A stretch of DNA of 57,878 nt, taken from positions 1 through 57,878 of the forward strand of contig SICP01000006.1 in assembly GCA_009691415.1 (NCBI GenBank). Reading direction: 5' to 3'. Of this stretch, positions 1 through 9,714 are shown one piece after another (the stretch's first letter is position 1; every line of letters begins with the position of its first letter). The position numbers and the translations under genes are program-made. Under the pieces are notes generated by a model. It was not told the DNA's origin. It made no database searches and saw nothing but the letters and a program-made list of their open reading frames with translations. The DNA is from Candidatus Margulisiibacteriota bacterium. Its GTDB lineage: Bacteria; Margulisbacteria; Marinamargulisbacteria; SXXA01; SICP01.

Positions 1-200
1 CGATACAGAGCCACATCTAATTTCCCAACTTGTACAGGAGTGCCTGTTTCTTTTTCAAGAAAAAATGCGAGACGCTGTGCCAGTGGATATCCCGATGACA
101 AAATGCCAACCAAAACAATCTGATCCAAAGCCGGATGGGCCGACAAAATTTGCCGGCCCATTTGCTGAATTAAATCAGGGATGACGCAGTCAGAACCCAT
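1..200 (-). CDS. pyrR: PyrR-type phosphoribosyltransferase/regulator (5' part, runs off the window)
   Basis: Manual translation MGSDCVIPDLIQQMGRQILSAHPALDQIVLVGILSSGYPLAQRLAFFLEKETGTPVQVGKLDVALYR matches the PyrR N-terminus (LVGI..G..LA..L...G.LDI.LYR); directly follows hisB. Confidence 0.8.
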   Translation of the reverse strand, partial: MGSDCVIPDLIQQMGRQILSAHPALDQIVLVGILSSGYPLAQRLAFFLEKETGTPVQVGKLDVALY

Positions 201-202
201 TT

Positions 203-793
203 TTATAGAAGTCCCTTTGTAGACGGGATCGCCGGTTTTCTGGCATCAAACAACGATGCTTTATCCAGAAAAAAACCAACCCCCTTAAAACAAGACTCAA
301 GCACATGGTGTAAATTATTCCCGCGCACCACATCAATATGAAGCGTAATGCGTGAGTTATTCACAAACGCTCTAAAAAATTCTTCAGTTAATTCAACATC
401 AAACGAACCTACTTTAGATTTAGGTAGCGCGCAGTTAAAATCCAGATGAGGGCGATTAGAAATATCAATAGCCACTTGGCAAAGGGCTTCGTCCATTGGT
501 AAAAATCCAGAGGCATATCGTGCAATCCCTTTCGCGTCACCAATGGCCTCGCGAAATGCTTGCCCCATACAAATACCCACATCTTCCACCGTATGGTGAA
601 AGTCCACATCCAAGTCACCCTTCACTTGCAATGACAAATCAAAAAGCCCGTGGTGTGAAAATAAATCTAACATGTGGTCAAAAAAAGGAATGCCTGTTTG
701 AATCTGATTTTTTCCGCTGCCATCCAAAGAAAATGTCATGGCGATTTGGGTTTCTTTTGTATTGCGATTTATCGTAAATGAACGTGTAGACAT
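203..793 (-). CDS. hisB: Imidazoleglycerol-phosphate dehydratase
   Basis: R.TKETQI, TGIPFFDHML, GDLDVDFHHTVEDVG, PMDEAL, N.HH..E, PSTKG motifs. Confidence 0.97.
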   Translation of the reverse strand: MSTRSFTINRNTKETQIAMTFSLDGSGKNQIQTGIPFFDHMLDLFSHHGLFDLSLQVKGDLDVDFHHTVEDVGICMGQAFREAIGDAKGIARYASGFLPMDEALCQVAIDISNRPHLDFNCALPKSKVGSFDVELTEEFFRAFVNNSRITLHIDVVRGNNLHHVLESCFKGVGFFLDKASLFDARKPAIPSTKGLL

Positions 794-801
794 AGAGCCT
801 C

Positions 802-1875
802 CTAAAACAATGAATTTTGTTGGGTTTGATCAGGTGTTCGTGCTTGAGCAGTGCCTAAATGTTTATAGGCAAGTCCTGTAGCGAGACGTCCACGAGGTGT
901 CCGTTCAATAAACCCTAGCTGTAATAAATAGGGCTCATAAACATCCTCTATAGTATCAGAATCTTCGGAAATGCTAGCAGCAATGGTGTCGAGACCCACA
1001 GGGCCGCCACGAAATTTTTCAATAATCGTCAGCAGATAACGACGATCCACTTCATCTAAGCCCAGCACGTCAATGCCAAATCCTTCGAGAGAGCTCTGAA
1101 TAATGTCGAGTGTAATGGTGCCATCACCTTTTATCTGCGCCCAGTCACGAACCCGCTTTAATAAACGATTCGCAATACGAGGCGTTCCGCGAGACCGCTC
1201 ACCAATTTTTTCGGCGGCTTCCGCATGAATGCGCGTCTCTAAAAGAAAAGAAGACCGATGAATAATCTGCGTCAAATCGGCAGGGGTATAAAATTCAAAA
1301 CGTTCAATAATCCCAAACCGATCCCGAAGCGGCGCCGATAAGCTACCCACTCGCGTCGTCGCACCAATCAAAGTAAACTTCGGCAAATCCAATCGAATCG
1401 ATCGCGCCGAAGGTCCCTTTCCTATAATAATATCCAATTCAAAATCTTCCATCGCCGGATAAAGCACTTCTTCAACAGCCCGATTGAGACGATGAATTTC
1501 ATCAATAAACAAGACATCCCCAGGCTGCAAATTTGTCAAAATCGCCGCCAAATCCCCCGGCCTTTCAATAGCTGGCCCAGACGTAATCTTAATCTGAACA
1601 CCCATTTCAGCCGCAATAATACTGGCCAAAGTCGTCTTCCCAAGTCCGGGGGGGCCATACAGCAACACGTGCTCAATACTCTCTTGGCGTTGCGAAGCTG
1701 CCTGAATAAAAATCCCCAAATGATGCTTTAATTTTTCCTGCCCAATAAATTCAGAAAGTGTTTTGGGGCGAAGGCTTCCCTCTTTAATGTCGTCCATAAC
1801 ACGATCGGACGAAACCAATCTTTCGGGGATTTCTTGAGGGTCGTTAAGGTTTTGTGACGCATCTAGTGAAGTCAT
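802..1875 (-). CDS. ruvB: Holliday junction branch migration helicase RuvB
   Basis: LRPK..EFIGQ, Walker [41 protein letters not shown]. Confidence 0.98.
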   Translation of the reverse strand: MTSLDASQNLNDPQEIPERLVSSDRVMDDIKEGSLRPKTLSEFIGQEKLKHHLGIFIQAASQRQESIEHVLLYGPPGLGKTTLASIIAAEMGVQIKITSGPAIERPGDLAAILTNLQPGDVLFIDEIHRLNRAVEEVLYPAMEDFELDIIIGKGPSARSIRLDLPKFTLIGATTRVGSLSAPLRDRFGIIERFEFYTPADLTQIIHRSSFLLETRIHAEAAEKIGERSRGTPRIANRLLKRVRDWAQIKGDGTITLDIIQSSLEGFGIDVLGLDEVDRRYLLTIIEKFRGGPVGLDTIAASISEDSDTIEDVYEPYLLQLGFIERTPRGRLATGLAYKHLGTAQARTPDQTQQNSLF

Positions 1876-2011
1876 TGGTCAGAGAGTATACAGTATTATT
1901 TAGGTTCAAGTGAGGCTTGTATTCATTTCGCTTGTCAAAAATACTAAGTCTCTCGTAAAATATTTTTTAAATATAGATTTTTATAAAAAATATAATAATG
2001 CAGGATCAGAA

Positions 2012-2668
2012 ATGAAACGGGAATGGATTTCAGAGCTACACAAAAACTTCGAAAATTCCTCTTGTGATCATAATGGAGTTGACTATTGGTTAGCCCGAAA
2101 TTTGCAAGAATTGCTTGGTTATACCGAATGGCGTAATTTTATTAACACAATTCAGAAAGCAAAAGAGGCTTGTCAGAATTCAGGGCAAGAGGTTCAAGAC
2201 CATTTTGTTGACATCAACAAAATGGTGGGGGTGGGGTCAGGAGCGCAACGTAAAGTTGAAGACATTATGCTCACGCGTTACGCATGTTACTTGATTGCTC
2301 AAAATGGAGATCCTAAAAAAGACCCCATCGCTTTCGCGCAAAGTTACTTCGCTGTGCAAACAAGAAAGCAAGAGCTTGTAGAAGACAGACTGAATCTCAT
2401 CGAACGCGTACAGGCACGAAAAAAACTGATAGAAACAGAAACGGAACTTTCCAAAATCATTTATGAGCGAGGTGTCGACAGCCAAGGGTTCGGTAGAATT
2501 CGTAGCAAAGGTGACCAAAATAATGCAGATGTTCGACAGTTGCTAAATAAAAGTGGGGTTAAACCTGAAGCGCTTCCCTCGGAAGAAGATATCAAAAAAT
2601 TGGAGCGACGAGTAACCTCTAGCGATAAAAAATTAGTCATTAATTCCAAACGGTTAAAAATCAAATGA
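2012..2668 (+). CDS. dinD: DNA-damage-inducible protein D (BRO-N family), apparently with an internal in-frame deletion
   Basis: W.AR.LQ.LLGY.EWRNF, LTRYACYLIAQNGDP.K..IAFAQ.YFAVQTRKQE, G.KPE.LP.EEDIKK.ERR; start placed at ATG 2012 after an AGGA SD. Confidence 0.85.
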   Translation: MKREWISELHKNFENSSCDHNGVDYWLARNLQELLGYTEWRNFINTIQKAKEACQNSGQEVQDHFVDINKMVGVGSGAQRKVEDIMLTRYACYLIAQNGDPKKDPIAFAQSYFAVQTRKQELVEDRLNLIERVQARKKLIETETELSKIIYERGVDSQGFGRIRSKGDQNNADVRQLLNKSGVKPEALPSEEDIKKLERRVTSSDKKLVINSKRLKIK

Positions 2669-3816
2669 ACAGAACTAAAAAAAATGTATTAGTCATCCTG
2701 GTGTTCTTGACGATATGCACCCGGAGCTTTGCCACAGAGTCAGTCTTGTCAGATTTTATAGAGCCGCTCTTTAACTTCTATTCTCAAAATGAATTTTCTG
2801 CCAAAGGTCTGGCATTAGGGAATATAGGGGTTTCTTGCAAAAATAACTTAAGTGGAAGCCTGCTCAATCCCGCGACATTATTGGTGAAGAAAGGCATCAG
2901 TTTCGAGGCAGAGTATTGAAGCCAAAAAGGCAAAGTAAATTATAATAGTTTTTTTGATGATCTCTATCTCAGTCAGGGGGCAACAAATGTGATGGTGGGT
3001 ATGGCGACTCAACTTACTGATAAAGTATCTACAGGCATCATTTATCGCCTCGAGCGAAATATTCAGATTAGGGAGGATGATCTCCCTGGAACTGGCCTAA
3101 ACGAAGATGGGTAGATCGTGGAGATTATTGTAATAATAGGCACTTTTGATTATGTGTCAGAAATGAAACAGAGCTCTTATACAATTCCGCTGAGTTACCA
3201 GATTAATGATCAGTTAGCTATTGGATCAGGCCTAACCTACTCTCATATAGAGTTGAATCAGTATGTAGCTGATATCCATGGCTCAGGAAGGGTAGATGCC
3301 TTTTATCCTCAACTAGGCCTCCTATTTTCGCCTCTAGAATTTCTATCTCTAGGCGCATCATATACATTTGAGACACGAGCTTCTAGGAGTACGATTGACT
3401 ATGAAGGGGATGCCCATGAATCCGTATCATCCAAAATTCTTCCGTCTAGTTATGGATTAGGGTGCACCTTGAAACCGGTAGACAATCTTGCCCTTTCACT
3501 AGAGTTTCAGCAAAAAAATTATTCCAAGGCCAACTCAGAAACCTACAACGATCAATCTATTACAAAAGCAGGAATAGAATATTCGCCTACAAATTTTTTG
3601 GCCCTAAGATTAGGCTATTACAACTTGCCAAGCTACATAAAAAAAGGACAGGCCGGGTATCTCATTGATACAACACAAGAATTTCTAACCTACGGAATAG
3701 GGGTTAATTTCAATGAAACGATGGCGCTGAACCTTGGGGTACAAGATAGCAGTATTTTTAAAAGTGGTGATATTCATAAAGCCAGGTATCTAGTAAACCT
3801 GCAAATAGCCATTTGA
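2665..3816 (+). pseudogene. Outer-membrane beta-barrel protein (FadL/PorV-like) interrupted by two in-frame stops
   Basis: Signal peptide, SAKGLALG...SLLNPATL motif, alternating beta-strands; ORFs 2665-2919 and 3118-3816 share one frame broken only by TGA (2917) and TAG (3112). Confidence 0.7.
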
Positions 3817-3820
3817 ATAG

Positions 3821-3889
3821 CGTAAAGAACCTGGATTGCGAAAAAGAAAGAGGCTATGTTGCAATGTCTGCCTGTGCTTTGCATATAAT
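3821..3889 (+). repeat. Direct repeat copy 1 (degenerate duplicate of the rpsF promoter region)
   Basis: 63/69 identity to 4741-4809. Confidence 0.92.
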
Positions 3890-3916
3890 AATGACAGGGT
3901 CCCAATTTCCCTGTTC

Positions 3917-4651
3917 TTAGAACATTCCTAAGAATGTTTTTTCGAGATTACAGGTTAACCCTACATAGGGGAATATACCTTGTGGTGTAAATATTGGATT
4001 GGGATTTATTTCGGTTGTTGTGCCAGATTGCAGGAAAGTAGCACTTGTTTGGAATGTGTTATTGCCCATTTGAATGATGCGGTAGTCTACTCCGGCAATA
4101 ACGGTTATTGCTCCGAATTTTTTGGCATATTCTGCACCGATAGAGGCTAGGCATCCAATCTTATTAAATTTTACTGTATCTCCAGCTTTGATAGGATCTT
4201 CCTGATATGTAATTCCTGATACGGCACCTTTTTCGAGTTTTCCACTGAGTAAACTTAAAAACAAAAAGCCAATTGCTGGTTTTAATCTAAAGAGAGTATC
4301 GGTGTTGGAGAAGAGGTTGATATTCCCGCCTATCTGGCATGTGATGATACTGGCTTTGGAAGTGCCTGAAACCTCGCAGTTTGCAAATAATGGCCACTGG
4401 GTGGACTCTGCGCCAAACATAACGCCCCACGGATTAATGGTTTGATTTTCTTTTGAGCCATTCCATCTGAGTTTTTCTGCAGTTGAGAAGAATGAGGTGA
4501 CATCCATGTCTGTTAGCCCTGAGATCGCGTATTGGCTATGGGTTAGTGCAATTTTGTATTCGGTGTTGCTCTCAGAGTGCAGGAGCGTGTGAGTAGCTTG
4601 GTGGACTAGAATGATGATTGAGAGCATTAACCAGAATTTTGCGAGTGTCAT
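3917..4651 (-). CDS. Hypothetical exported protein, probable outer-membrane beta-barrel
   Basis: 244-aa ORF with AAGGA SD, hydrophobic N-terminus and amphipathic beta-strands; lies between the two direct repeats. Confidence 0.6.
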   Translation of the reverse strand: MTLAKFWLMLSIIILVHQATHTLLHSESNTEYKIALTHSQYAISGLTDMDVTSFFSTAEKLRWNGSKENQTINPWGVMFGAESTQWPLFANCEVSGTSKASIITCQIGGNINLFSNTDTLFRLKPAIGFLFLSLLSGKLEKGAVSGITYQEDPIKAGDTVKFNKIGCLASIGAEYAKKFGAITVIAGVDYRIIQMGNNTFQTSATFLQSGTTTEINPNPIFTPQGIFPYVGLTCNLEKTFLGMF

Positions 4652-4740
4652 GGGGGTTCCTTATTAGTGGATTGTTTTTATTTTAGGTTGTATGTGCGGT
4701 TCAGGGAAGTCTATAAAGGTACCAAGCAATAGAAATCAGC

Positions 4741-4809
4741 CGCAAAGAACCTGGATTGCGAAAAAGAAACAGGCTATGTTACAATGTCTGCCTTTACTTT
4801 ACATATAAT
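4741..4809 (+). promoter_or_regulatory. rpsF operon sigma70-type promoter (direct repeat copy 2)
   Basis: TTGCGA (4756-4761), 18 nt, TG-extended TACAAT (4780-4785), followed by AAGGAG and the rpsF start. Confidence 0.65.
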
Positions 4810-4833
4810 CGCGTTTAAGGAGTTACAGGTACC

Positions 4834-5172
4834 ATGAAAAAAGCATACGATATCCTAGTGATCATCAAGGCCCACTTGGGAGATGAGAAAATAGAAAAGC
4901 TAACGACAAATTTCAAAAAATGGATCACAGATAACGAAGGTGAAATCCAATTGTTCGAAGACCAAGGCGTAACTGATATGCCAATCACTTTCCAACCCGC
5001 ACTACAAGGTCATTACCTTCACTGCGAATTCGAAGGAACCAACAAAACGTTGGATCAATTGAAAGAGAAAATGCGCGTAGACGAAAGCTTTTTAAGACAC
5101 TTGATCGTGAACATGGATTCTATTCGTGACACACGCCCAGCTGTAGTAGAAGAAAAAGTAGCACAAGATTAA
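4834..5172 (+). CDS. rpsF: 30S ribosomal protein S6
   Basis: YD...II, G.I...E..G, GHY....F, L...DESFLRHLIV; heads the rpsF-ssb-rpsR-rplI operon. Confidence 0.9.
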   Translation: MKKAYDILVIIKAHLGDEKIEKLTTNFKKWITDNEGEIQLFEDQGVTDMPITFQPALQGHYLHCEFEGTNKTLDQLKEKMRVDESFLRHLIVNMDSIRDTRPAVVEEKVAQD

Positions 5173-5174
5173 TC

Positions 5175-5681
5175 GTGTCTAGCTTAAACAAAATCATTCT
5201 CATCGGGCCCCTCGAAACCACCCCGGAAGTGCGTGTCACAAATGCGGGTGATCAATTCGCAAAATTCACGATTAAAGCAAATCGTCCCGAGCGTTCAGAT
5301 GGCATACCTGTCCAATTTGACATTATTGATATTGTGGCGTGGCGACAAGTTGCTGAGCAAGCAGCTACACTCCAACAAGGTGACTCGGTTCTTATTGAAG
5401 GCCGCATCGTTACACGCACAACAGAAGACGAAGCTGGAAGAAAAAAATATTTTACTGAAGTTGAAGCACGCGAACTCAGACCTCTTTCTATATCTCAAAC
5501 ACCCTCGACCTCTTCTCCTACACCTGTTCAATCTTCTATCAAACCTACCGTTCAGAAAAAACAAGTGGAAGAAATTCAAGAATCCGACTTTGATTTCGGT
5601 CCAGCAAAAACGCCTGCTCCATCACCATTTGCACAAGCGCCAGATAACGAAACAGATCTTGATGAAGAGGTGCCATTCTAA
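5175..5681 (+). CDS. ssb: Single-stranded DNA-binding protein with long linker and acidic tip
   Basis: LNKIILIG OB fold, VAWR, G..VLIEGRI, TEV.A; Pro/Ser/Gln linker ending DEEVPF. Confidence 0.9.
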   Translation: MSSLNKIILIGPLETTPEVRVTNAGDQFAKFTIKANRPERSDGIPVQFDIIDIVAWRQVAEQAATLQQGDSVLIEGRIVTRTTEDEAGRKKYFTEVEARELRPLSISQTPSTSSPTPVQSSIKPTVQKKQVEEIQESDFDFGPAKTPAPSPFAQAPDNETDLDEEVPF

Positions 5682-6043
5682 TGTACAATAAATGTTTTTT
5701 GATAGGCCGATTGGTACGTGATCCTGAAATGCGCGTGACACTTTCCGGTGTTACCGTAACCCGATTTACACTTGCAATAGATCGAATACGCGGAAAAGAC
5801 GGACAAGAGAGCGTCACAGATTTTATCCGTGTAGTTGCCTGGCGCAGACTCGCAGAAATTTGCGGAGAATACCTTAAAAAGGGTAAGCTAGTTGCAATTG
5901 AAGGACGTTTACAAGTAGACAGCTACGAGAAAGATGGCGAAACCAAAACCAGCGCGGACGTGATCGCGGATAGCATGCAAATGCTGGATAGAGGCATTCA
6001 ACAAATGGAAGAACACCCTGAATTCGCAAGTCAGGAATTTTAA
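5681..6043 (+). CDS. ssb: Second single-stranded DNA-binding protein, short tail
   Basis: NKCFLIGRLVRDPEMR, F.LAIDR, TDFI.VVAWRRLAE...YLKKGKLVAIEGRLQ; lacks a DDIPF-type tip; TAATG overlap with upstream ssb. Confidence 0.9.
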   Translation: MYNKCFLIGRLVRDPEMRVTLSGVTVTRFTLAIDRIRGKDGQESVTDFIRVVAWRRLAEICGEYLKKGKLVAIEGRLQVDSYEKDGETKTSADVIADSMQMLDRGIQQMEEHPEFASQEF

Positions 6044-6058
6044 GAAGGAGACTAGAAA

Positions 6059-6310
6059 ATGGCAGCAGATCAAGAGCAAAAAGTATTTGTAAAACGTCGC
6101 ATGAAACGCAGAAAAGTGTGTTTTTTTTGCGCAGAAAAAATTGAGGTTCTAGATTACAAAGATACACAAAAATTTAGAAGGTTCTTAACAGACCGCGGAA
6201 AAATTGTTCCTAAGCGCAATTCTGGCGTGTGTGCAAAACATCAACGTATGGTAGCTACCGCTATTAAGCGCGCTCGTTATATTGGTGTATTGCCATACAC
6301 AATGGACTAA
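6059..6310 (+). CDS. rpsR: 30S ribosomal protein S18 (Zn-ribbon type)
   Basis: RRKVCFFC, DYKD, TDRGKI.P.R..G.CAKHQR....AIKRAR. Confidence 0.97.
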   Translation: MAADQEQKVFVKRRMKRRKVCFFCAEKIEVLDYKDTQKFRRFLTDRGKIVPKRNSGVCAKHQRMVATAIKRARYIGVLPYTMD

Positions 6311-6331
6311 TTAAATCAGGAGTTAAATGAA

Positions 6332-6811
6332 ATGGCGAACGTAGAAATTATTTTAATACGAGAAGAAAAAGGACTTGGGAAGCTAGGTCAAAAAAAACGG
6401 GTCAAACTGGGTTATTTTAGTAACTATTTGCTACCTAATGGCATGGCATTACTCGCAACAAAAGGGAATCAAGACCGCTTTAAACTTTTGGAAAAGAAAG
6501 AGCAAAAACGTTTAGACCTTTTGAAGAATTCTGCAGAACAAGTTAAATCAGCGATCAATGGCAAGAGCATTGTCATTGCAGTCGCAAGCAAAGAAACCGG
6601 CAAACTTTTTGGCGCGGTTACACCAACAAGTATCGCTCACCACATTTTGCATGATTTAAAAGTAGAAGTGGCAGCAAGATTGTTAGAGCTTTCTGCACCT
6701 ATCAAAGAGCTTGGCGAGTTTCCAGTAAAAATTATTTTGCATCCTGAAGTACAAATAGCGATCACTGTAAAAGTGGTCAAAGAAGAAAAGGAAGTTGCAA
6801 AGGACGCTTAA
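6332..6811 (+). CDS. rplI: 50S ribosomal protein L9
   Basis: LGK.G...VK.GY..NYLLP.G.A, GKLFGAVT, IKELGE..V.I.LHPEV. Confidence 0.95.
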   Translation: MANVEIILIREEKGLGKLGQKKRVKLGYFSNYLLPNGMALLATKGNQDRFKLLEKKEQKRLDLLKNSAEQVKSAINGKSIVIAVASKETGKLFGAVTPTSIAHHILHDLKVEVAARLLELSAPIKELGEFPVKIILHPEVQIAITVKVVKEEKEVAKDA

Positions 6812-8480
6812 TACAGCGGACATACTTCTCCCTACAAAAGAACATCTCAATAGACTTCCAAGCCATCCGGGAGTCTATAAGATGCTCGATACAGCCGGTA
6901 AAATCCTCTATGTCGGCAAAGCAAAAAATATCAAAAAACGCGTAAGCTCATATTTTTCTAATACACAAAAAGATCTCAAAACCACACTTCTTGTCACACA
7001 CATTAAATCCATCGAAATTCTAGTTACAAACTCCGAAAACCAAGCCCTCATTCTAGAAAACAAACTCATCAAAGCCTTTAAGCCACGTTACAATATTTCG
7101 CTTAAAGACGACAAAAGTTATCCCTATATCAAAATCTCTACACAAGAACCCTTCCCAAAAGTGAGTGTGACACGCCAAAAATACAAAGACCAGGCGACCT
7201 ATTTTGGTCCCTACGCGTCTATCGGTTCCACCAAAACCCTCCAGCGTTTTCTCAATGATCTCTTCCCCATACGTGATTGCAAACAATCAATCAGTCTCAA
7301 TAAACTAGAAAAAAAATGCATCAATCTCGACATTGGTAGATGTCTTGGCCCCTGTATCTATAAAGACATAAAGCCAGACTATGATCGTGTCATCCAAGAA
7401 CTAAGTCTTTTTCTAAGGGGACAAAATAAAACCCTGTTAATTCAACTTAGAAAAGAAATGCAACAGCACGCTAAAGCACAAGACTATGAAAAAGCAGCGA
7501 AGCTTCGAGATCGCATTCAAAAAATAGAAGCCCTCGTAGCCAATCGCATGGTCATGCCAGAAGAAACGGCCAACATCCAACTCTGGGTTTCCTATCACGC
7601 AGCTCCGTACACCTACGTAATGGTACAGACTATTGTTGCCGGAACACTTCTCTTTCAAAGAGGTCTTTATGAAATAGACTTACTAGAAGAAGATAGGGCT
7701 AAATTTTTACAAGATGCGTTCCTAGAAGGCGTCGATAGTTTAGGCGAGTTGCCAGATGAAATTTTATGCGATGAAAGCATGTTTCAGACCATACAAGACG
7801 TGCAAGCACAAACAGGAAATCTTCTAAAACAAAAACTGCATCTTCCGCAAAGAGGTGATAAAAAACAATTGCTAGAACTCGCTCAAAAAAATGCAAAAAT
7901 AGCGATTGAAAGACTCAAGCTAGAAAAAAAACCAGACAAATTATCAATGCCAGGTCTCCTGAAAAAAATGCAAAGTTGTTTCGAGTTGAAAAATCTTCCA
8001 ACAGAAATCGTCGGGGTCGATATTTCACATTTACAAGGAACAGATATAGTTGCATCTGCAGTTTATTTTAAAGACGGGAAACCCGATAAATCAGGATATC
8101 GACGTTACGACATCGCAACGGTATCAGGAAAAAGTAACGATCCCAAGTCCATTTATGAAGTGGTGTATCGCCGATTAAAAAGCGCAGTAGAATATAAAGC
8201 CCCGATGCCAAAACTCATGCTTATTGATGGCGGAAAAGCCCAACTGAACTTTGCCATAAAAGCCCAGCAGAAATTAGGTCTCGAAGAAACAGTTGATTTG
8301 CTCTCATTGGCAAAGAAAGATGAAGAAGTTTATTCCCCGAACTCTCCGAATACGATAAAATTAGAAAAGTGCGATCCCATTTTGCACCTGCTTCAGCAAG
8401 TCAGAGATGAATCCCACCGTTTTGCCGTCAGTTTCCAGAGAAAAAAACGTAATAAAGAAATAAAAAATCTATCAAAATGA
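6795..8480 (+). CDS. uvrC: Excinuclease ABC subunit C
   Basis: LP..PGVY.M, YVGKAKN.KKRV.SYF (GIY-YIG), PRYNI.LKDDKSYPYI, UVR domain, DISH.QG, LIDGGKAQ, RDESHRFA. Confidence 0.96.
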   Translation: MQRTLNTADILLPTKEHLNRLPSHPGVYKMLDTAGKILYVGKAKNIKKRVSSYFSNTQKDLKTTLLVTHIKSIEILVTNSENQALILENKLIKAFKPRYNISLKDDKSYPYIKISTQEPFPKVSVTRQKYKDQATYFGPYASIGSTKTLQRFLNDLFPIRDCKQSISLNKLEKKCINLDIGRCLGPCIYKDIKPDYDRVIQELSLFLRGQNKTLLIQLRKEMQQHAKAQDYEKAAKLRDRIQKIEALVANRMVMPEETANIQLWVSYHAAPYTYVMVQTIVAGTLLFQRGLYEIDLLEEDRAKFLQDAFLEGVDSLGELPDEILCDESMFQTIQDVQAQTGNLLKQKLHLPQRGDKKQLLELAQKNAKIAIERLKLEKKPDKLSMPGLLKKMQSCFELKNLPTEIVGVDISHLQGTDIVASAVYFKDGKPDKSGYRRYDIATVSGKSNDPKSIYEVVYRRLKSAVEYKAPMPKLMLIDGGKAQLNFAIKAQQKLGLEETVDLLSLAKKDEEVYSPNSPNTIKLEKCDPILHLLQQVRDESHRFAVSFQRKKRNKEIKNLSK

Positions 8481-8493
8481 GCTAATTAAGAAC

Positions 8494-9651
8494 ATGAAAA
8501 TAAATAAATTAAGTCTCGGTATCCTAGCGCTTCTTCTCGCAAGCATTTGGATAGTCCCTGCATTTGCAGAAAAAGACGATGAAGAGGCCAAAGAAAAATT
8601 AGATGTTATCAATTCAAAAATCGAAAAAAATAAAAAAGTGATTGGCGAAAAACTTAAAGAACGAAAAGAAACCCGTGTTAAGTTAGGGGCGCTTTCACGT
8701 CAATTGAAATACACAACGTACCAACTTAAAAAAGCCAAAAATGATTTACAAGTGACCCAAGTTAAAAAAGAAAAAACACAAGAAAAGCTAACGGTTGTTG
8801 CGCATAATTTTGTAGATAAACAATCTCGATTTGAAGAAAGAATGCGGCAGATTCATAAAAATAAAAATCTCGGATTTATGGACTTTTTATTCTCGTCTCC
8901 AGATTTATTGTCTGCCATGGAATCTGAATATTTTTTTAACAAATTATTACGTGCTGATGTGGGCTTGATTACAGACATGAGAACAGAGCAAAACCAACTC
9001 AGTAAACAAAAAACAGTTTTAGAAAGTCAGACAAAGCAAATTTCTGTACTCAAAGATCAAATCGCCAAAAAAGAAACACAAATTTCGCAACAAGAAGTAG
9101 AAAAACGAAACGAGCTCATTTCGTTAGAAGCGCAAATTAGACACATCGAACAACAAAATCGAGAGCTCGAAGAGTCGTCACAAGAGTTGACCTCGTTTAT
9201 CTTGAAAGGCTCCAAAGGCAATACGCAGTTTTATGGTTCAGGCTCATTTGTAAGACCTGTGGATGGATGGATATCGTCTCCATTTGGCACCAGAATGCAC
9301 CCGATATTTAAACGAAGAATCAAGCATAACGGCCTCGATTTTGCCGCACCAAGTGGCTGTAGAATTCGCGCTGCTGATACGGGTATCGTTATTGTAGCGG
9401 GTGAAAAACCGCAATACAGAGGCTATGGAAAAGTTACCGTAATTGACCACGGTCTTAGAAAAGATGGACGACGATTTGCGACTGTTTACGCACACCAATC
9501 TCGAATTTTGGTGCATGAAGGGCAATTGGTTAAACAGGGTTCAGAGATCGGATGGGTAGGGTCTACCGGATATAGCACCGGCCCTCACTTACACTTTGAA
9601 GTCCGGGAAAATGGGGTCCCTGTTGACCCGATGCGATACATACGAAGATAA
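8494..9651 (+). CDS. M23 family metallopeptidase with coiled coil (EnvC-like murein hydrolase/activator)
   Basis: Signal peptide, long coiled coil, H.GLDF, YAH, STGPHLHFEVR. Confidence 0.9.
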   Translation: MKINKLSLGILALLLASIWIVPAFAEKDDEEAKEKLDVINSKIEKNKKVIGEKLKERKETRVKLGALSRQLKYTTYQLKKAKNDLQVTQVKKEKTQEKLTVVAHNFVDKQSRFEERMRQIHKNKNLGFMDFLFSSPDLLSAMESEYFFNKLLRADVGLITDMRTEQNQLSKQKTVLESQTKQISVLKDQIAKKETQISQQEVEKRNELISLEAQIRHIEQQNRELEESSQELTSFILKGSKGNTQFYGSGSFVRPVDGWISSPFGTRMHPIFKRRIKHNGLDFAAPSGCRIRAADTGIVIVAGEKPQYRGYGKVTVIDHGLRKDGRRFATVYAHQSRILVHEGQLVKQGSEIGWVGSTGYSTGPHLHFEVRENGVPVDPMRYIRR

Positions 9652-9714
9652 GCTTCACGAATATTAACCTTATTTGCTAAACTGTAACCCTTGTAGTAAG
9701 AAAGGTACCCACTA

